A stretch of 49,391 nucleotides of DNA from an uncultured bacterium. Lineage in GTDB: Bacteria; DYJV01. Shown here piece by piece: positions 36,937 to 47,326 of this stretch. The stretch's first letter is position 1. Each line of letters opens with the position of its first letter. The translations under genes and the position numbers were made by a program. A model generated the notes under the pieces. It ran no database searches. It saw nothing but the letters and a program-made list of their open reading frames with translations, and was not told the origin of the DNA. The stretch is from NCBI GenBank assembly GCA_964543655.1, contig CAZIZE010000042.1, positions 1 through 49,391 of the forward strand, in the 5' to 3' direction.

Positions 36937-37776
36937 TTAAATAATAACTTCTTTATGCCTTGCTGCATGGCACTGAATATTCATAGCCACAGGAAGTGAT
37001 GCTATATGGCAGGGCTCTTTAATGATATGCACAGCAAGACAATACACTCTACCACCTAATCCTTGAGGTCCCATTCCAAGATTGTTGATTTTTTCAACCA
37101 ATTCTTTCTCTATTTTATCAAGCTCAGGATCAGGGTTGCTACTGCCTATTTCACGTAATAGTGCTTTTTTTGATAAGATTGCACTTCTTTCAAAATTGCC
37201 ACCAATCCCCACACCTATTATAACAGGGGGGCAAGGATTAGGACCAGCAGCTGATGCTCGTTCTATTATCATTTTTTTTATTCCTTCAATTCCATCTGCT
37301 GGCTTTAACATCTGTTGCAAACTCATATTTTCACTGCCACCACCTTTAGGTGCAACTGTAATTTTTACTTTATCTCCTGAAACTATTTTAGTGTGTATAA
37401 CAGCAGGTGTATTATCCCCTGTGTTTTTTCTTGTAAAAGGGTCACACATAGACTTTCTCAAATACCCTTCTTTATATCCCTCTCTCACTCCATCATTAAT
37501 AGCATCGTATAAATTACCACCTACAAAATGAACATCCTGGCCTATTTCAAGAAAAACAACTGCCACACCAGTATCCTGACATATAGGAATTTGCTCATTT
37601 TTGGCAACTTCAGCATTTTGCAGCAACACATTTAATATATGTTTACCTGTATCTGATTCTTCAACTTCCAGACCTCTTTTAAATGCATTAATAACATCAT
37701 TACCAAGATAGTAATTAGCATCCATGCACATATTTTTCACTTTTTCTTTAACATCTAACACATTGATTTCTCTCAT
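36937..37776 (-). CDS. Class I fumarate hydratase / tartrate dehydratase family, alpha subunit
   Basis: PICQDTG, NTGDNTPA, KGGGSEN, NPCPP, PCHIASLP, QCHAARH; start inferred at MREINV (37776). Confidence 0.93.
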   Translation of the reverse strand: MREINVLDVKEKVKNMCMDANYYLGNDVINAFKRGLEVEESDTGKHILNVLLQNAEVAKNEQIPICQDTGVAVVFLEIGQDVHFVGGNLYDAINDGVREGYKEGYLRKSMCDPFTRKNTGDNTPAVIHTKIVSGDKVKITVAPKGGGSENMSLQQMLKPADGIEGIKKMIIERASAAGPNPCPPVIIGVGIGGNFERSAILSKKALLREIGSSNPDPELDKIEKELVEKINNLGMGPQGLGGRVYCLAVHIIKEPCHIASLPVAMNIQCHAARHKEVII

Positions 37777-37893
37777 CTTTTTTGCCCTTAAAAAAATTAT
37801 TGGATACTGTATACAATATATCACATAACCTGTCAAGATGTTTTTATATTTTTTTTATTAGCATTTCAATATAAAAATTTTTATTTAAAATTA

Positions 37894-37922
37894 TTGACCT
37901 TTATATTCATTATTGTTATAAT
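37894..37922 (+). promoter_or_regulatory. Sigma70 promoter upstream of tig
   Basis: TTGACC-N17-TATAAT with extended TG; AT-rich upstream; AGGAG SD before ATG 37956. Confidence 0.75.
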
Positions 37923-37955
37923 GAAAATTACTTTTCATAAAAAAAGGAGTGTAAA

Positions 37956-39245
37956 ATGGAAGTACAGTTAGAACAGCCATCATCAGTACAAAAAATATTA
38001 AAAGTTAAAATTCCCAGTGAAACTGTTGACAAAGAGCTTGGTGCTGAATTTCAAAAAATTAGAAAAAAAGCATCATTAAAAGGTTTTAGAAAAGGCAAAG
38101 TCCCCATGCATATTATTAAAAAGTTGTATGGTGACAGTGCAAAATATGAAGTTGTTAATAAGCTAATAAATGATTCACTTTTTAAAGCAATTGCTGATAA
38201 CAAAATTGTCTATGTTGGTGATCCAGCAATAAAAGATATAACAGATATTGAAGAAGGTAAAGATTTTGGCTACACAGCAGAGTTTGACTGTATTGAAGAA
38301 TTTGAATTAAAAGATTACAAAAATATTGAAGTGGAAGTTGAAAAATTAGAGGTTACAGAGGAAATTTTAAATGACTCTATCCAGTCTATACTTAAAAGGT
38401 TCACTTACTTTGAAGATGTAGAAGATGAAAATACTCCAATAGAAGAAGGTTTTCAGGTAGTAGCAGAGGTTGAAGCTTTTATTAATGGTGAAAAGTATGA
38501 GAAGCTTTCAAAAGAAGAGCTTGTTTTAACTATAGGTGAAAATACTTTTTTACCAGACTTTGATACCTATTTTATAGGCTTAACCAAAAATGACGAAACA
38601 GAAGTTACTCATAATGTTGAAATTGATAATGAGGAGAAAGAAGTTACTTTTAAAATAAAGGTAAAATGGATCAAGAGACCAGTTGTTCCAGAGTTAGATG
38701 AGGAATTTATTAAGCAGTTTGGAGAAGAGTATAAAAGTGTTGAAGAATTTAAAGAAAAAGTAAAAAAAGAGATAGAGGAAAATTATAAACAGCAGACAAG
38801 AAATGAAATAATTGAAAAATTAATGGAAAAATTAAGAGAGGAAAATACATTTCAATTTCCAGAAAAACTTATTGAAAAACAGGTTGAATTTCTGAAAAAA
38901 AGCACTCCTAAGCTTCCAACTGAAAGTGACGGAGATTACAATGATAGGATTAGAGAAATTGCTATTACTCAGATTAAAAATTCAATAATCCTTGAAAAAA
39001 TAGAAAAAAAAGAGAATATTAAAGTAACAAAGGAAGATTTTGATAAAGAATTTGAAAAATTATCAAAAGCATTTAATCTAACTAAAGAAGCAATTAGAGA
39101 TATTTATATTAAAAATGAGGAATTGTATAGGAATCTTCATGATAAAATTTTAACAGAAAAAACCTTTGATTTCTTAATTGATAATATAAAAGTAAAATAT
39201 ATTGAACCATCTGAAGAAAAAGAAGAGGAAAATAAGGAGGATTAA
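37956..39245 (+). CDS. tig: Trigger factor
   Basis: GFRKGKVP ribosome-binding motif, 429 aa, adjacent to clpP. Confidence 0.93.
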   Translation: MEVQLEQPSSVQKILKVKIPSETVDKELGAEFQKIRKKASLKGFRKGKVPMHIIKKLYGDSAKYEVVNKLINDSLFKAIADNKIVYVGDPAIKDITDIEEGKDFGYTAEFDCIEEFELKDYKNIEVEVEKLEVTEEILNDSIQSILKRFTYFEDVEDENTPIEEGFQVVAEVEAFINGEKYEKLSKEELVLTIGENTFLPDFDTYFIGLTKNDETEVTHNVEIDNEEKEVTFKIKVKWIKRPVVPELDEEFIKQFGEEYKSVEEFKEKVKKEIEENYKQQTRNEIIEKLMEKLREENTFQFPEKLIEKQVEFLKKSTPKLPTESDGDYNDRIREIAITQIKNSIILEKIEKKENIKVTKEDFDKEFEKLSKAFNLTKEAIRDIYIKNEELYRNLHDKILTEKTFDFLIDNIKVKYIEPSEEKEEENKED

Positions 39246-39838
39246 TGAATTTAGTTCCATATGTAATAGAAACCACCTCAAAAAGTGAAAGAGTTTATGA
39301 TATTTATTCAAGGCTGCTTAGAGATAGAATTATTATGCTTGGCTCACCAATAAATGATACTGTTTCAAACTCTATAATAGCCCAGTTACTTTTCCTTGAA
39401 GCTGATGATCCTGACAAAGATATTTACCTGTATATTAACAGTCCTGGTGGAGTTGTAACATCTGGAATGGCTATTTATGATACAATGCAATACATTAAAG
39501 CTGATGTTTCTACAATTTGCATTGGCCAGGCAGCAAGTATGGCAGCTGTTTTACTTGCAGCAGGTGCCAAAGGCAAACGTTATGCACTTCCTAATTCAAG
39601 GGTTATGCTGCATCAACCACTTGGTGGTTCAGAAGGACAAGCCACTGACATTGCTATTCATGCTAAAGAGATAATCAGGATTAAAGAAAAAATCAATGAA
39701 ATTCTATCAAAGCATACTGGCAAAAGTTTAAAACAGATTAGAAAGGATACTGAAAGAGATTTTTTTATGGATAGTCAGGCAGCACTTAAATATGGTATTG
39801 TTGATAGAGTTTTTGAAAAAAGAGGTGAGGAGGATTAG
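39245..39838 (+). CDS. clpP: Clp protease proteolytic subunit
   Basis: [34 protein letters not shown]. Confidence 0.98.
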   Translation: MNLVPYVIETTSKSERVYDIYSRLLRDRIIMLGSPINDTVSNSIIAQLLFLEADDPDKDIYLYINSPGGVVTSGMAIYDTMQYIKADVSTICIGQAASMAAVLLAAGAKGKRYALPNSRVMLHQPLGGSEGQATDIAIHAKEIIRIKEKINEILSKHTGKSLKQIRKDTERDFFMDSQAALKYGIVDRVFEKRGEED

Positions 39839-40336
39839 GTGAAACATATTATTTCCGTTTTAGTGGAAAATGAATTTGGTGTTTTATCAAGAGTGGTTGG
39901 TTTATTTAGTGGCAGGGGTTTTAACATAGAGAGTCTTAATGTTGCTGTTACTAAGGATCCAAAAATTTCCAGAATAACATTAGTTACCAAAGGTGATGAG
40001 CTTATTGTTGAGCAGATAAAAAAGCAGTTAAATAAATTAATTAATGTTATTCGTGTTATTGATATGACTGAAATTAAAGATTTTGTTGGCAGAGAACTTG
40101 CCCTAATCAGGCTGCATCCAAATGTTACAAAAAGAAGTGAAGTTATAAATCTTGTAAATATTTTTAGAGGCAAAATAGTCAGTGTTAATAAAAATGGTTT
40201 TATTATTGAAATAACAGGTGATGAAGATAAAATTGAAGCATTTATTGAATTGATGATGCCTTATGGTCTTACTGAAATTGCTCGTACAGGCATTCTTGCA
40301 ATGGCACGAGAAAATAAAAAAGGAGGGAAAAAATGA
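39839..40336 (+). CDS. ilvN: Acetolactate synthase small (regulatory) subunit
   Basis: [44 protein letters not shown]. Confidence 0.96.
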   Translation: MKHIISVLVENEFGVLSRVVGLFSGRGFNIESLNVAVTKDPKISRITLVTKGDELIVEQIKKQLNKLINVIRVIDMTEIKDFVGRELALIRLHPNVTKRSEVINLVNIFRGKIVSVNKNGFIIEITGDEDKIEAFIELMMPYGLTEIARTGILAMARENKKGGKK

Positions 40337-41349
40337 AAGTTTATTATGAGCATGATGCAAATATAAATATTTTGAAAGATAAAAAAATCGCAGTTATAGG
40401 TTATGGGAGTCAAGGATTTGCACATAGTAATAATTTAAAAGATAGTGGTATGAATGTAATTGTTGGTTTAAGAAAAGGAAGCAAATCCCGGGAAAAAGCA
40501 GAAAAAAGTGGACTTCAAGTTCTCAGTGTAGAAGAGGCAGCTAAAGAAGCTGATGTAATTATGATCCTTACACCTGATGAGCTTCAAGGTAGCATTTATA
40601 AGGAAAAAATTGCACCATATATAAAAGAAGGGGCATTTCTTGCTTTTGCACATGGTTTTAATATTCATTTTGACCAAATTGTACCAAGAGCTGATATTAA
40701 TATTTTTATGGTTGCTCCAAAAGCACCAGGACACCTTGTTAGGCATGAATATGTTAATGGAAGAGGAGTGCCAATGTTAATTGCTGTTCAGCAGGATCCA
40801 TCAGGACAGACCAAAGATATAGCTCTTGCTTATGCCACAGCAATTGGTGGTGGAAAAGCTGGAATTATTGAGACAACTTTCAAAGATGAAACAGAAACTG
40901 ACCTATTTGGTGAGCAGGTAGTTCTCTGTGGTGGAGTGGTAGCTCTGATTAAAGCTGCTTTTGAAACTCTTGTAGAAGCAGGTTATCCACCAGAAATGGC
41001 ATATTTTGAATGCTGTCATGAGTTGAAACTAATTGTAGACCTGATTTATGAAGGTGGTATCTCAAATATGAGATATTCTGTTAGTAATACAGCTCAATAT
41101 GGTGACCTTACAAGAGGACCACGTATAATAAACAGCAGCGTAAAACAGGAAATGAAAAAAATATTATCAGAAATTCAAAATGGAGAATTTGCAAAAGAGT
41201 GGATGCTTGAAAATCAAACAAATAGGCCTACTTTCAATGCATTAACAAGAAAAGATGAAACACATCAGATTGAAGAGGTTGGAAAGAAACTTAGAGATAT
41301 GATGCCATGGTTAAAAAAAGAGAAACTTGTTGATAAAGATAAAAATTAA
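40333..41349 (+). CDS. ilvC: Ketol-acid reductoisomerase
   Basis: [30 protein letters not shown]. Confidence 0.98.
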   Translation: MKVYYEHDANINILKDKKIAVIGYGSQGFAHSNNLKDSGMNVIVGLRKGSKSREKAEKSGLQVLSVEEAAKEADVIMILTPDELQGSIYKEKIAPYIKEGAFLAFAHGFNIHFDQIVPRADINIFMVAPKAPGHLVRHEYVNGRGVPMLIAVQQDPSGQTKDIALAYATAIGGGKAGIIETTFKDETETDLFGEQVVLCGGVVALIKAAFETLVEAGYPPEMAYFECCHELKLIVDLIYEGGISNMRYSVSNTAQYGDLTRGPRIINSSVKQEMKKILSEIQNGEFAKEWMLENQTNRPTFNALTRKDETHQIEEVGKKLRDMMPWLKKEKLVDKDKN

Positions 41350-41361
41350 CAGAGGTTTAAA

Positions 41362-41994
41362 TTGAAAATAACTAAAGAGGGTTATCCAATAATTATAACC
41401 ATTGCAGTTGCAATGGTTATTTCTTTTTTATTAAAGTGGATTATTGCTGGGAAATTGTTTTTTTTATTTTTGCTTTTTTCTCTTTATTTTTTCAGAGACC
41501 CTATGCGGTTTCCACCGTTAATAGAAAAATGCTTTCTATCTCCAGCTGATGGAAAAATTATAGAGATTAAAAAATTTTTTTCAGAATCTCTTCAGTGTGA
41601 GTGTTATAAGATAAGCATCTTCATGACTGTTTTTGATGTTCACATAAATAGATTGCCATTTGAAGGAAAAATTGTGCAAAAAATATATCATAAAGGAAAA
41701 TTTTTTAATGCTTCACTTGATAAAGCTTCAGAGCATAATGAAAGAATGAGCTATATTGTAGATAGTAACATTTTTAAATATAAGGTTACTCAAATTGCTG
41801 GATTAATTGCAAGAAGGATTGTATCTTATGTTAATGAAGGTGATTTTTTAAATACAGGTGATAAAATAGGTATGATAAAGTTTGGCTCTCGTGCTGAAGT
41901 TGAAGTGCCTGTTAATCTGTTTGAAATAAATGTCTCTATTGGCCAGCAGGTGTATGGTGGAGAATCTATTTTAGGGATTTTAAAAATTGGATAA
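41362..41994 (+). CDS. psd: Phosphatidylserine decarboxylase
   Basis: FFRDP, SPADGK, DVHINR, QIAGLIARRI, IKFGSR cleavage site. Confidence 0.95.
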   Translation: MKITKEGYPIIITIAVAMVISFLLKWIIAGKLFFLFLLFSLYFFRDPMRFPPLIEKCFLSPADGKIIEIKKFFSESLQCECYKISIFMTVFDVHINRLPFEGKIVQKIYHKGKFFNASLDKASEHNERMSYIVDSNIFKYKVTQIAGLIARRIVSYVNEGDFLNTGDKIGMIKFGSRAEVEVPVNLFEINVSIGQQVYGGESILGILKIG

Positions 41995-42748
41995 AAAAAT
42001 TTCAAAAGCAAAAACCATATATGTTTTACCGAATCTTTTCACAACTGGAAATTTATTTTGTGGATTTTACGCTATTATTGCAGCTATAAATGGTCGCTTC
42101 CTATATGCTGCAATTGCTATTTTAATTGCAAATTTTTTTGATATAGCAGATGGGAAAGTTGCAAGAATCACCAATACAACAAGTAAATTTGGTGTAGAGT
42201 ATGATTCTCTTTCAGATTTAATATCATTTGGTGTTGCTCCAAGTATTCTAATATACACATGGGCATTGATCCCATATGGTAAATTTGGCTGGGTTGCTGC
42301 TTTTCTCTTTACATCTTGTGGAGCATTGAGACTTGCACGGTTCAATGTAATGGTTACTGTTTCAGAAAAAAGTAGATTTACTGGGCTTCCCATACCAGCA
42401 GCAGCAAGTATGGTTGCAACAACTGTTCTTTTAATGTTTAAACTTGGCAAAATTGTTATTGATAAAAATATTATACTTTTAATACTTGTATATTGCCTTT
42501 CATTTTTAATGGTGAGCAATATAAAATATTTAAGCTTTAAAGAAGTTCAATTTATCAAGCAAAAGCCTTTAAAATTTGTATTCTTTTTAATTTTACTTTT
42601 ACTGGTAATAGTTCTTGAAACAGAACTTGCTCTTTTTACATTAATGGCTATCTATGTTGCCTCAGGGCCATGCGAATTTTTATACAAAAAAATTTTTAAG
42701 AAAAAAGAGATAGAGGTTAATTCAAATGGAAATAGTGAAAATATTTGA
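41987..42748 (+). CDS. pssA: CDP-diacylglycerol--serine O-phosphatidyltransferase
   Basis: [39 protein letters not shown]. Confidence 0.95.
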   Translation: MDKKISKAKTIYVLPNLFTTGNLFCGFYAIIAAINGRFLYAAIAILIANFFDIADGKVARITNTTSKFGVEYDSLSDLISFGVAPSILIYTWALIPYGKFGWVAAFLFTSCGALRLARFNVMVTVSEKSRFTGLPIPAAASMVATTVLLMFKLGKIVIDKNIILLILVYCLSFLMVSNIKYLSFKEVQFIKQKPLKFVFFLILLLLVIVLETELALFTLMAIYVASGPCEFLYKKIFKKKEIEVNSNGNSENI

Positions 42749-44252
42749 CACAACATTACGTGATGGTGAGCAGTCACCTGGTGCAAGTATGACACCAGAT
42801 GAAAAATTAATTGTTGCACGACAACTTGCAAAATTAAATGTTGATGTTATAGAAGCTGGTTTTCCAATTGCAAGTGATGGTGATTTTAATGCTGTAAAAA
42901 GAATTGCAAAAGAGGTAAAAGGTGTTGAAATTGCAGGACTTGCAAGGGCAAATAGAGCTGACATTGAGAGAGCATACGAAGCTATTAAGTATAGTGATAT
43001 GCCGAGGATACACACATTTATTGCAACATCACCTATTCATATGCAGTATAAGCTGAATTTAAAACCAGAGGAAGTTATAGAAAAGGCTGTTGATGCTGTT
43101 AAATTTGCAAAGAAGTTCACTGACAACATAGAATTTTCAGCAGAAGATGCTACAAGAAGTGAACTTGATTTTCTGGTTAAAATTTTTACAAGAGTTATTG
43201 ATGCAGGTGCCACTATTATCAATGTCCCCGATACAGTGGGTTACACTGTCCCTCAGGAATACGCCAATATAATAAAATATCTTATAGATAACATTAAAAA
43301 TATCGATAAAGCTGTTATCAGTGTGCATTGCCATAATGACCTTGGTCTTGCTACAGCCAACACTCTTGCTGCAATTGAAGCTGGTGCAAGGCAGATTGAA
43401 ACAACTATTAATGGTATTGGTGAACGTGCTGGTAATGCAGCTGTTGAAGAAGTTGTTATGGCATTAAAAACAAGGAAAGATTTTTACAAATATGATACTA
43501 ATATTATAACCCAGAATATCTACCCTACAAGCAAACTTATTTCTCAAATTACAGGTATATCTGTTCAGCCCAATAAAGCTGTTGTTGGCAAAAATGCTTT
43601 TGCTCATGAATCAGGTATTCATCAAGATGGAGTTTTAAAAGCAAAAGAAACATATGAAATTATGAAACCTGAAAGTATTGGTATTTCAACAGATGCAATT
43701 GTTTTGGGTAAACACTCAGGTAGACATGCTTTAAAATCAAAGTTAGAGAGTCTTGGCTACGATTTATCAGATGAAGATTTTGAAAAAGCATTTAAAGCTT
43801 TCAAACATATTGCCGACAAGAAAAAAGTGGTTTACGATGAGGATATTGACGCAATAGTTGCTGAAAATATTTTAAGAATTCCTCATAAATATGAATTAAA
43901 GTATATAAATATTAATTCAGGGACATTTGTAAAACCATCTGCAACTATTCAGATGCTTGTGGATGGACAGATTAAGTTAGATGCAGAATTTGGTGATGGG
44001 CCTGTTGATGCTGCATTTAAAACAATAAAGAAAATTACTGGTATCAACTGTTCACTTGTTACTTTTGCAATTAAAGCTATAACAGGTGGTACAGATGCTC
44101 TTGGAGAAGTTACTGTAAGAATAGAATATAAAGGTAAGCAAGTTACAGGACAGGGAGCAGATACAGATATTATTGTGGCAAGTGCTAAAGGCTTTGTTAA
44201 TGCTCTTAACAAGCTTGCGTACAGGCTTGATAATTGGGTGGAATTACATTAA
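42726..44252 (+). CDS. leuA: 2-isopropylmalate synthase
   Basis: [37 protein letters not shown], regulatory domain GPVDA. Confidence 0.96.
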   Translation: MEIVKIFDTTLRDGEQSPGASMTPDEKLIVARQLAKLNVDVIEAGFPIASDGDFNAVKRIAKEVKGVEIAGLARANRADIERAYEAIKYSDMPRIHTFIATSPIHMQYKLNLKPEEVIEKAVDAVKFAKKFTDNIEFSAEDATRSELDFLVKIFTRVIDAGATIINVPDTVGYTVPQEYANIIKYLIDNIKNIDKAVISVHCHNDLGLATANTLAAIEAGARQIETTINGIGERAGNAAVEEVVMALKTRKDFYKYDTNIITQNIYPTSKLISQITGISVQPNKAVVGKNAFAHESGIHQDGVLKAKETYEIMKPESIGISTDAIVLGKHSGRHALKSKLESLGYDLSDEDFEKAFKAFKHIADKKKVVYDEDIDAIVAENILRIPHKYELKYININSGTFVKPSATIQMLVDGQIKLDAEFGDGPVDAAFKTIKKITGINCSLVTFAIKAITGGTDALGEVTVRIEYKGKQVTGQGADTDIIVASAKGFVNALNKLAYRLDNWVELH

Positions 44253-44279
44253 TTATATTTTGTTTAAAAGGGGGATAAC

Positions 44280-45545
44280 ATGGGGCTTACAATAGCTGAA
44301 AAAATATTCTCAGAAAAATTAGGTAGAGTTGTAAAACCTGGTGAGTTTGTTGAGGTAGAAATAGATATTGCCCTTGCAAATGATATTACAGCACCAATTG
44401 CTATTAAAAAATTTGAAGAAATTTATGGTGGCAATATTTACAACAAAGATAAAATAGTGCTTGTTCCTGATCATTTCACACCAAACAAAGATATTAACTC
44501 TGCAAATCAAGTTAAAATTTTAAGAGATTTTGCTAAAAAACATAATTTAAAATATTATTTTGAAGTTGGAGAAGTAGGAGTGGAGCATGCTCTTTTACCT
44601 GAAAAAGGGATTGTTGTTCCTGGTGATATTGTTATAGGAGCTGATAGCCATACATGCACCTATGGTGCACTTGGAGCATTTGCTACAGGAGTTGGAAGCA
44701 CTGACTTTGCAGCAGCAATGATTGCAGGAAAAGCATGGTTTAAAATTCCAGAAACAATGAAATTTGTGTATAAAGGTAAGTTAAAAAAGTGGGTTGATGG
44801 TAAAGATCTGATTTTATACACAATTGGTAAAATAGGAGTGGATGGCGCACTTTATAAAGTAATGGAATTTTCAGGTGAAGTAATTAAAGATTTGCCTATG
44901 TATGCACGGCTTACCATGTGCAATATGGCTATTGAAGCTGGCGGTAAAGCTGGAATTATAGAGCCAGATTCTATAACAGAGGCATATGTTAAAGGAAAAG
45001 CTCAAAGAACCTACAAATTCTTTAAAAGTGACGAGGATGCAAATTATTCAGAGATTATTGAGATAGATGTAAATAATTTAGAGCCACAGGTTGCTTTTCC
45101 CCATTTACCGGAGAATGCCAAGCCTGTAACTGAAGCAAAGGATATAAAAATTGACCAGGTTTTTATTGGCTCATGTACTAATGGCAGGTTGGAAGATTTA
45201 AGAATTGCAGCAGAAATTTTAAAAGGTAACAGAGTTGCAAAATATGTTAGAACAATTATTATTCCTGCAACTCAGAAAATTTATATAGATGCACTTAATG
45301 AAGGTTTAATTGAAATTTTTATTAATTCTGGTGCAGTTGTGAGTACTCCCACATGCGGTCCTTGCCTTGGAGGACATATGGGGATTTTAGCAAAAGGAGA
45401 AAAAGCAGTAGCAACAAGCAATAGAAATTTTGTAGGAAGAATGGGTGATCCTGAAAGTGAAGTTTATCTCTCAAATCCAGCTGTTGCAGCTGCATCAGCT
45501 ATTACAGGATACATTACTCATCCTGAAGACATTAAATCTACATAA
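44280..45545 (+). CDS. leuC: 3-isopropylmalate dehydratase large subunit (type 2)
   Basis: GADSHTCTYGA, IGSCTNGR, CGPCLGG, SNRNFVGRMG; follows leuA. Confidence 0.93.
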   Translation: MGLTIAEKIFSEKLGRVVKPGEFVEVEIDIALANDITAPIAIKKFEEIYGGNIYNKDKIVLVPDHFTPNKDINSANQVKILRDFAKKHNLKYYFEVGEVGVEHALLPEKGIVVPGDIVIGADSHTCTYGALGAFATGVGSTDFAAAMIAGKAWFKIPETMKFVYKGKLKKWVDGKDLILYTIGKIGVDGALYKVMEFSGEVIKDLPMYARLTMCNMAIEAGGKAGIIEPDSITEAYVKGKAQRTYKFFKSDEDANYSEIIEIDVNNLEPQVAFPHLPENAKPVTEAKDIKIDQVFIGSCTNGRLEDLRIAAEILKGNRVAKYVRTIIIPATQKIYIDALNEGLIEIFINSGAVVSTPTCGPCLGGHMGILAKGEKAVATSNRNFVGRMGDPESEVYLSNPAVAAASAITGYITHPEDIKST

Positions 45546-45554
45546 TAAAAGTAG

Positions 45555-45573
45555 TGCAGGGTTTTCCCCTGCA
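45555..45573 (+). terminator. Hairpin after leuC
   Basis: TGCAGGG-TTTTC-CCCTGCA; weak U-tract. Confidence 0.45.
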
Positions 45574-45595
45574 AATGCTTTTATGCTAATTCAAA

Positions 45596-47308
45596 ATGCC
45601 TAAAGAAATTTTTAGTTTTGAAAAAATTAGAGAACAGGTTGATATTGTTGATGTTGTGTCTCAATATTTAAACTTAAAACGAAGTGGTGCAAATTTTACT
45701 GCTTTATGCCCATTTCATGCTGAAAAAACACCTTCTTTTGTGGTTAGCCCACAGAAGCAGATATTTCACTGTTTTGGTTGTGGTAAAGGTGGAGATGTAA
45801 TAAAATTTGTCAGTGAAATTAATGGTCTTGACTATTTTGATGCAGCAGTAAAACTTGCCAAAGATTACAACCTTGACATTGATTTTAAAAAATATTCAAG
45901 TATTAACAACTACTTTGAAATTACATATGTTGCAGCAGAGGCATATCATGAAAATTTAAAAAAAAATTTAACTAATAGAAATGTTCAGGATTTTATAAAA
46001 AAGAGGAATATAAATGAAGAGATTATAGAGAAATTTTTCCTTGGATATGCTCCTGATGATTCACAATTTCTCATTAAAGTTTTAAAAAAAAGGGGCATTG
46101 AGCTAAAATTGGCAAATGAGATTGGATTGATAAAAAAGGAAAAGAATTTTTACGATACATTTAGGAACAGGATTATTTTTCCAATTAGAAATTTAAAAGG
46201 TGAAATTATTGCATTTGGTGGCAGGACTTTGAACAAGAAAATTCAGCCTAAATATCTAAATTCACCAGAATCAGCAATTTATCAGAAAAGGAAGAATTTA
46301 TACGGGTTATTTGAAAATAAAGATATTATTAAAACCAAAAATGAAACAATTGTAGTGGAAGGCTATATGGATCTAATATCACTTTACAGTAATAGCATAA
46401 AAAATGTTGTTGCCACTTTAGGAACAGCTTTTACAACTGAGCAATTGAATTTGATTAATAGATTTACAGAAAATATCATTTTTCTCTATGATGGAGATAA
46501 AGCTGGTATAAAAGCAGCAATTAGAGGTGCAATAATAGCTATTAACAAAGATTTTAACCCAAAGATAATTTATCTCAAAGACAATTTAGATCCTGATGAT
46601 TTTATTAATAAATATGGCTTTGATGAATTTATGGAATTAAAAAATAAATCAAAAGACCTTGTGAATTTTTTAAAAAATATTATTTTTTCATCCATTGACT
46701 TGAAAAATTTAGAAAATAGAATTAGATTAATGGAAAGATTTAAAAAAATTTATTCAGATATTGACAACCCACTATATAAAGACCATTTTATAAAAGGTTG
46801 CAGTGAAATATTATCCCTCAATTACAGGGAAGTAAAAGCTCATTTTAATAAAACCATTAGAAAAGCTAAGTATAATAAGCAGGAAAGAAAAAATAAAATA
46901 AGTATTAGGCTGGAAGATGAAATTATAGGCTGGCTTTTAAAGAATAATGATTTTTTGGATAACATTTCATCAGAACTTTTCCAGAATAATACATATAAAA
47001 TTTTAATTAATGAATTAAAAAAAGGTAGAGATTTAAATGCTATTTTGGATTCTGAAAATTTCTCAGAAAGCGAGAAAGAGAGATTAAGATTCCTTGCTCT
47101 TAATAACAAATTTGATAGCAGTAATGATAAGGAAAGTGTTTTCAGCGATTTAGTGAAAAGATTAAAAAAAAGTTTTTTTGAAAGAAAATTAAAAGATATT
47201 ACAGAAGAAATAAAAAAAGAGGAGAAAAATAAAAATGAAGAAAGATTGGTTTTACTAATGAAAGAGCAGAAAGCTATTTTAGAAGAAATGAAGAAATTAG
47301 ATTATTAA
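45596..47308 (+). CDS. dnaG: DNA primase
   Basis: CPFHAEKTPSF..FHCFGC zinc finger, FGGR, PKYLNSPE, VEGYMD, YDGDKAG, DPDD. Confidence 0.97.
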   Translation: MPKEIFSFEKIREQVDIVDVVSQYLNLKRSGANFTALCPFHAEKTPSFVVSPQKQIFHCFGCGKGGDVIKFVSEINGLDYFDAAVKLAKDYNLDIDFKKYSSINNYFEITYVAAEAYHENLKKNLTNRNVQDFIKKRNINEEIIEKFFLGYAPDDSQFLIKVLKKRGIELKLANEIGLIKKEKNFYDTFRNRIIFPIRNLKGEIIAFGGRTLNKKIQPKYLNSPESAIYQKRKNLYGLFENKDIIKTKNETIVVEGYMDLISLYSNSIKNVVATLGTAFTTEQLNLINRFTENIIFLYDGDKAGIKAAIRGAIIAINKDFNPKIIYLKDNLDPDDFINKYGFDEFMELKNKSKDLVNFLKNIIFSSIDLKNLENRIRLMERFKKIYSDIDNPLYKDHFIKGCSEILSLNYREVKAHFNKTIRKAKYNKQERKNKISIRLEDEIIGWLLKNNDFLDNISSELFQNNTYKILINELKKGRDLNAILDSENFSESEKERLRFLALNNKFDSSNDKESVFSDLVKRLKKSFFERKLKDITEEIKKEEKNKNEERLVLLMKEQKAILEEMKKLDY

Positions 47309-47326
47309 GAGGAGGAAGAGAGCCCG

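Noticed and set aside
22852-37776. Selenocysteine recoding in HdrA or MvhD
   Set aside because: ORFs are uninterrupted and the relevant motifs use Cys; no in-frame TGA is needed
37806-37836. Sigma70 promoter for the fum-hdr cluster (TTGACA on minus strand)
   Set aside because: Perfect -35 but the -10 at 17-bp spacing is TATACA; plausible but not supportable
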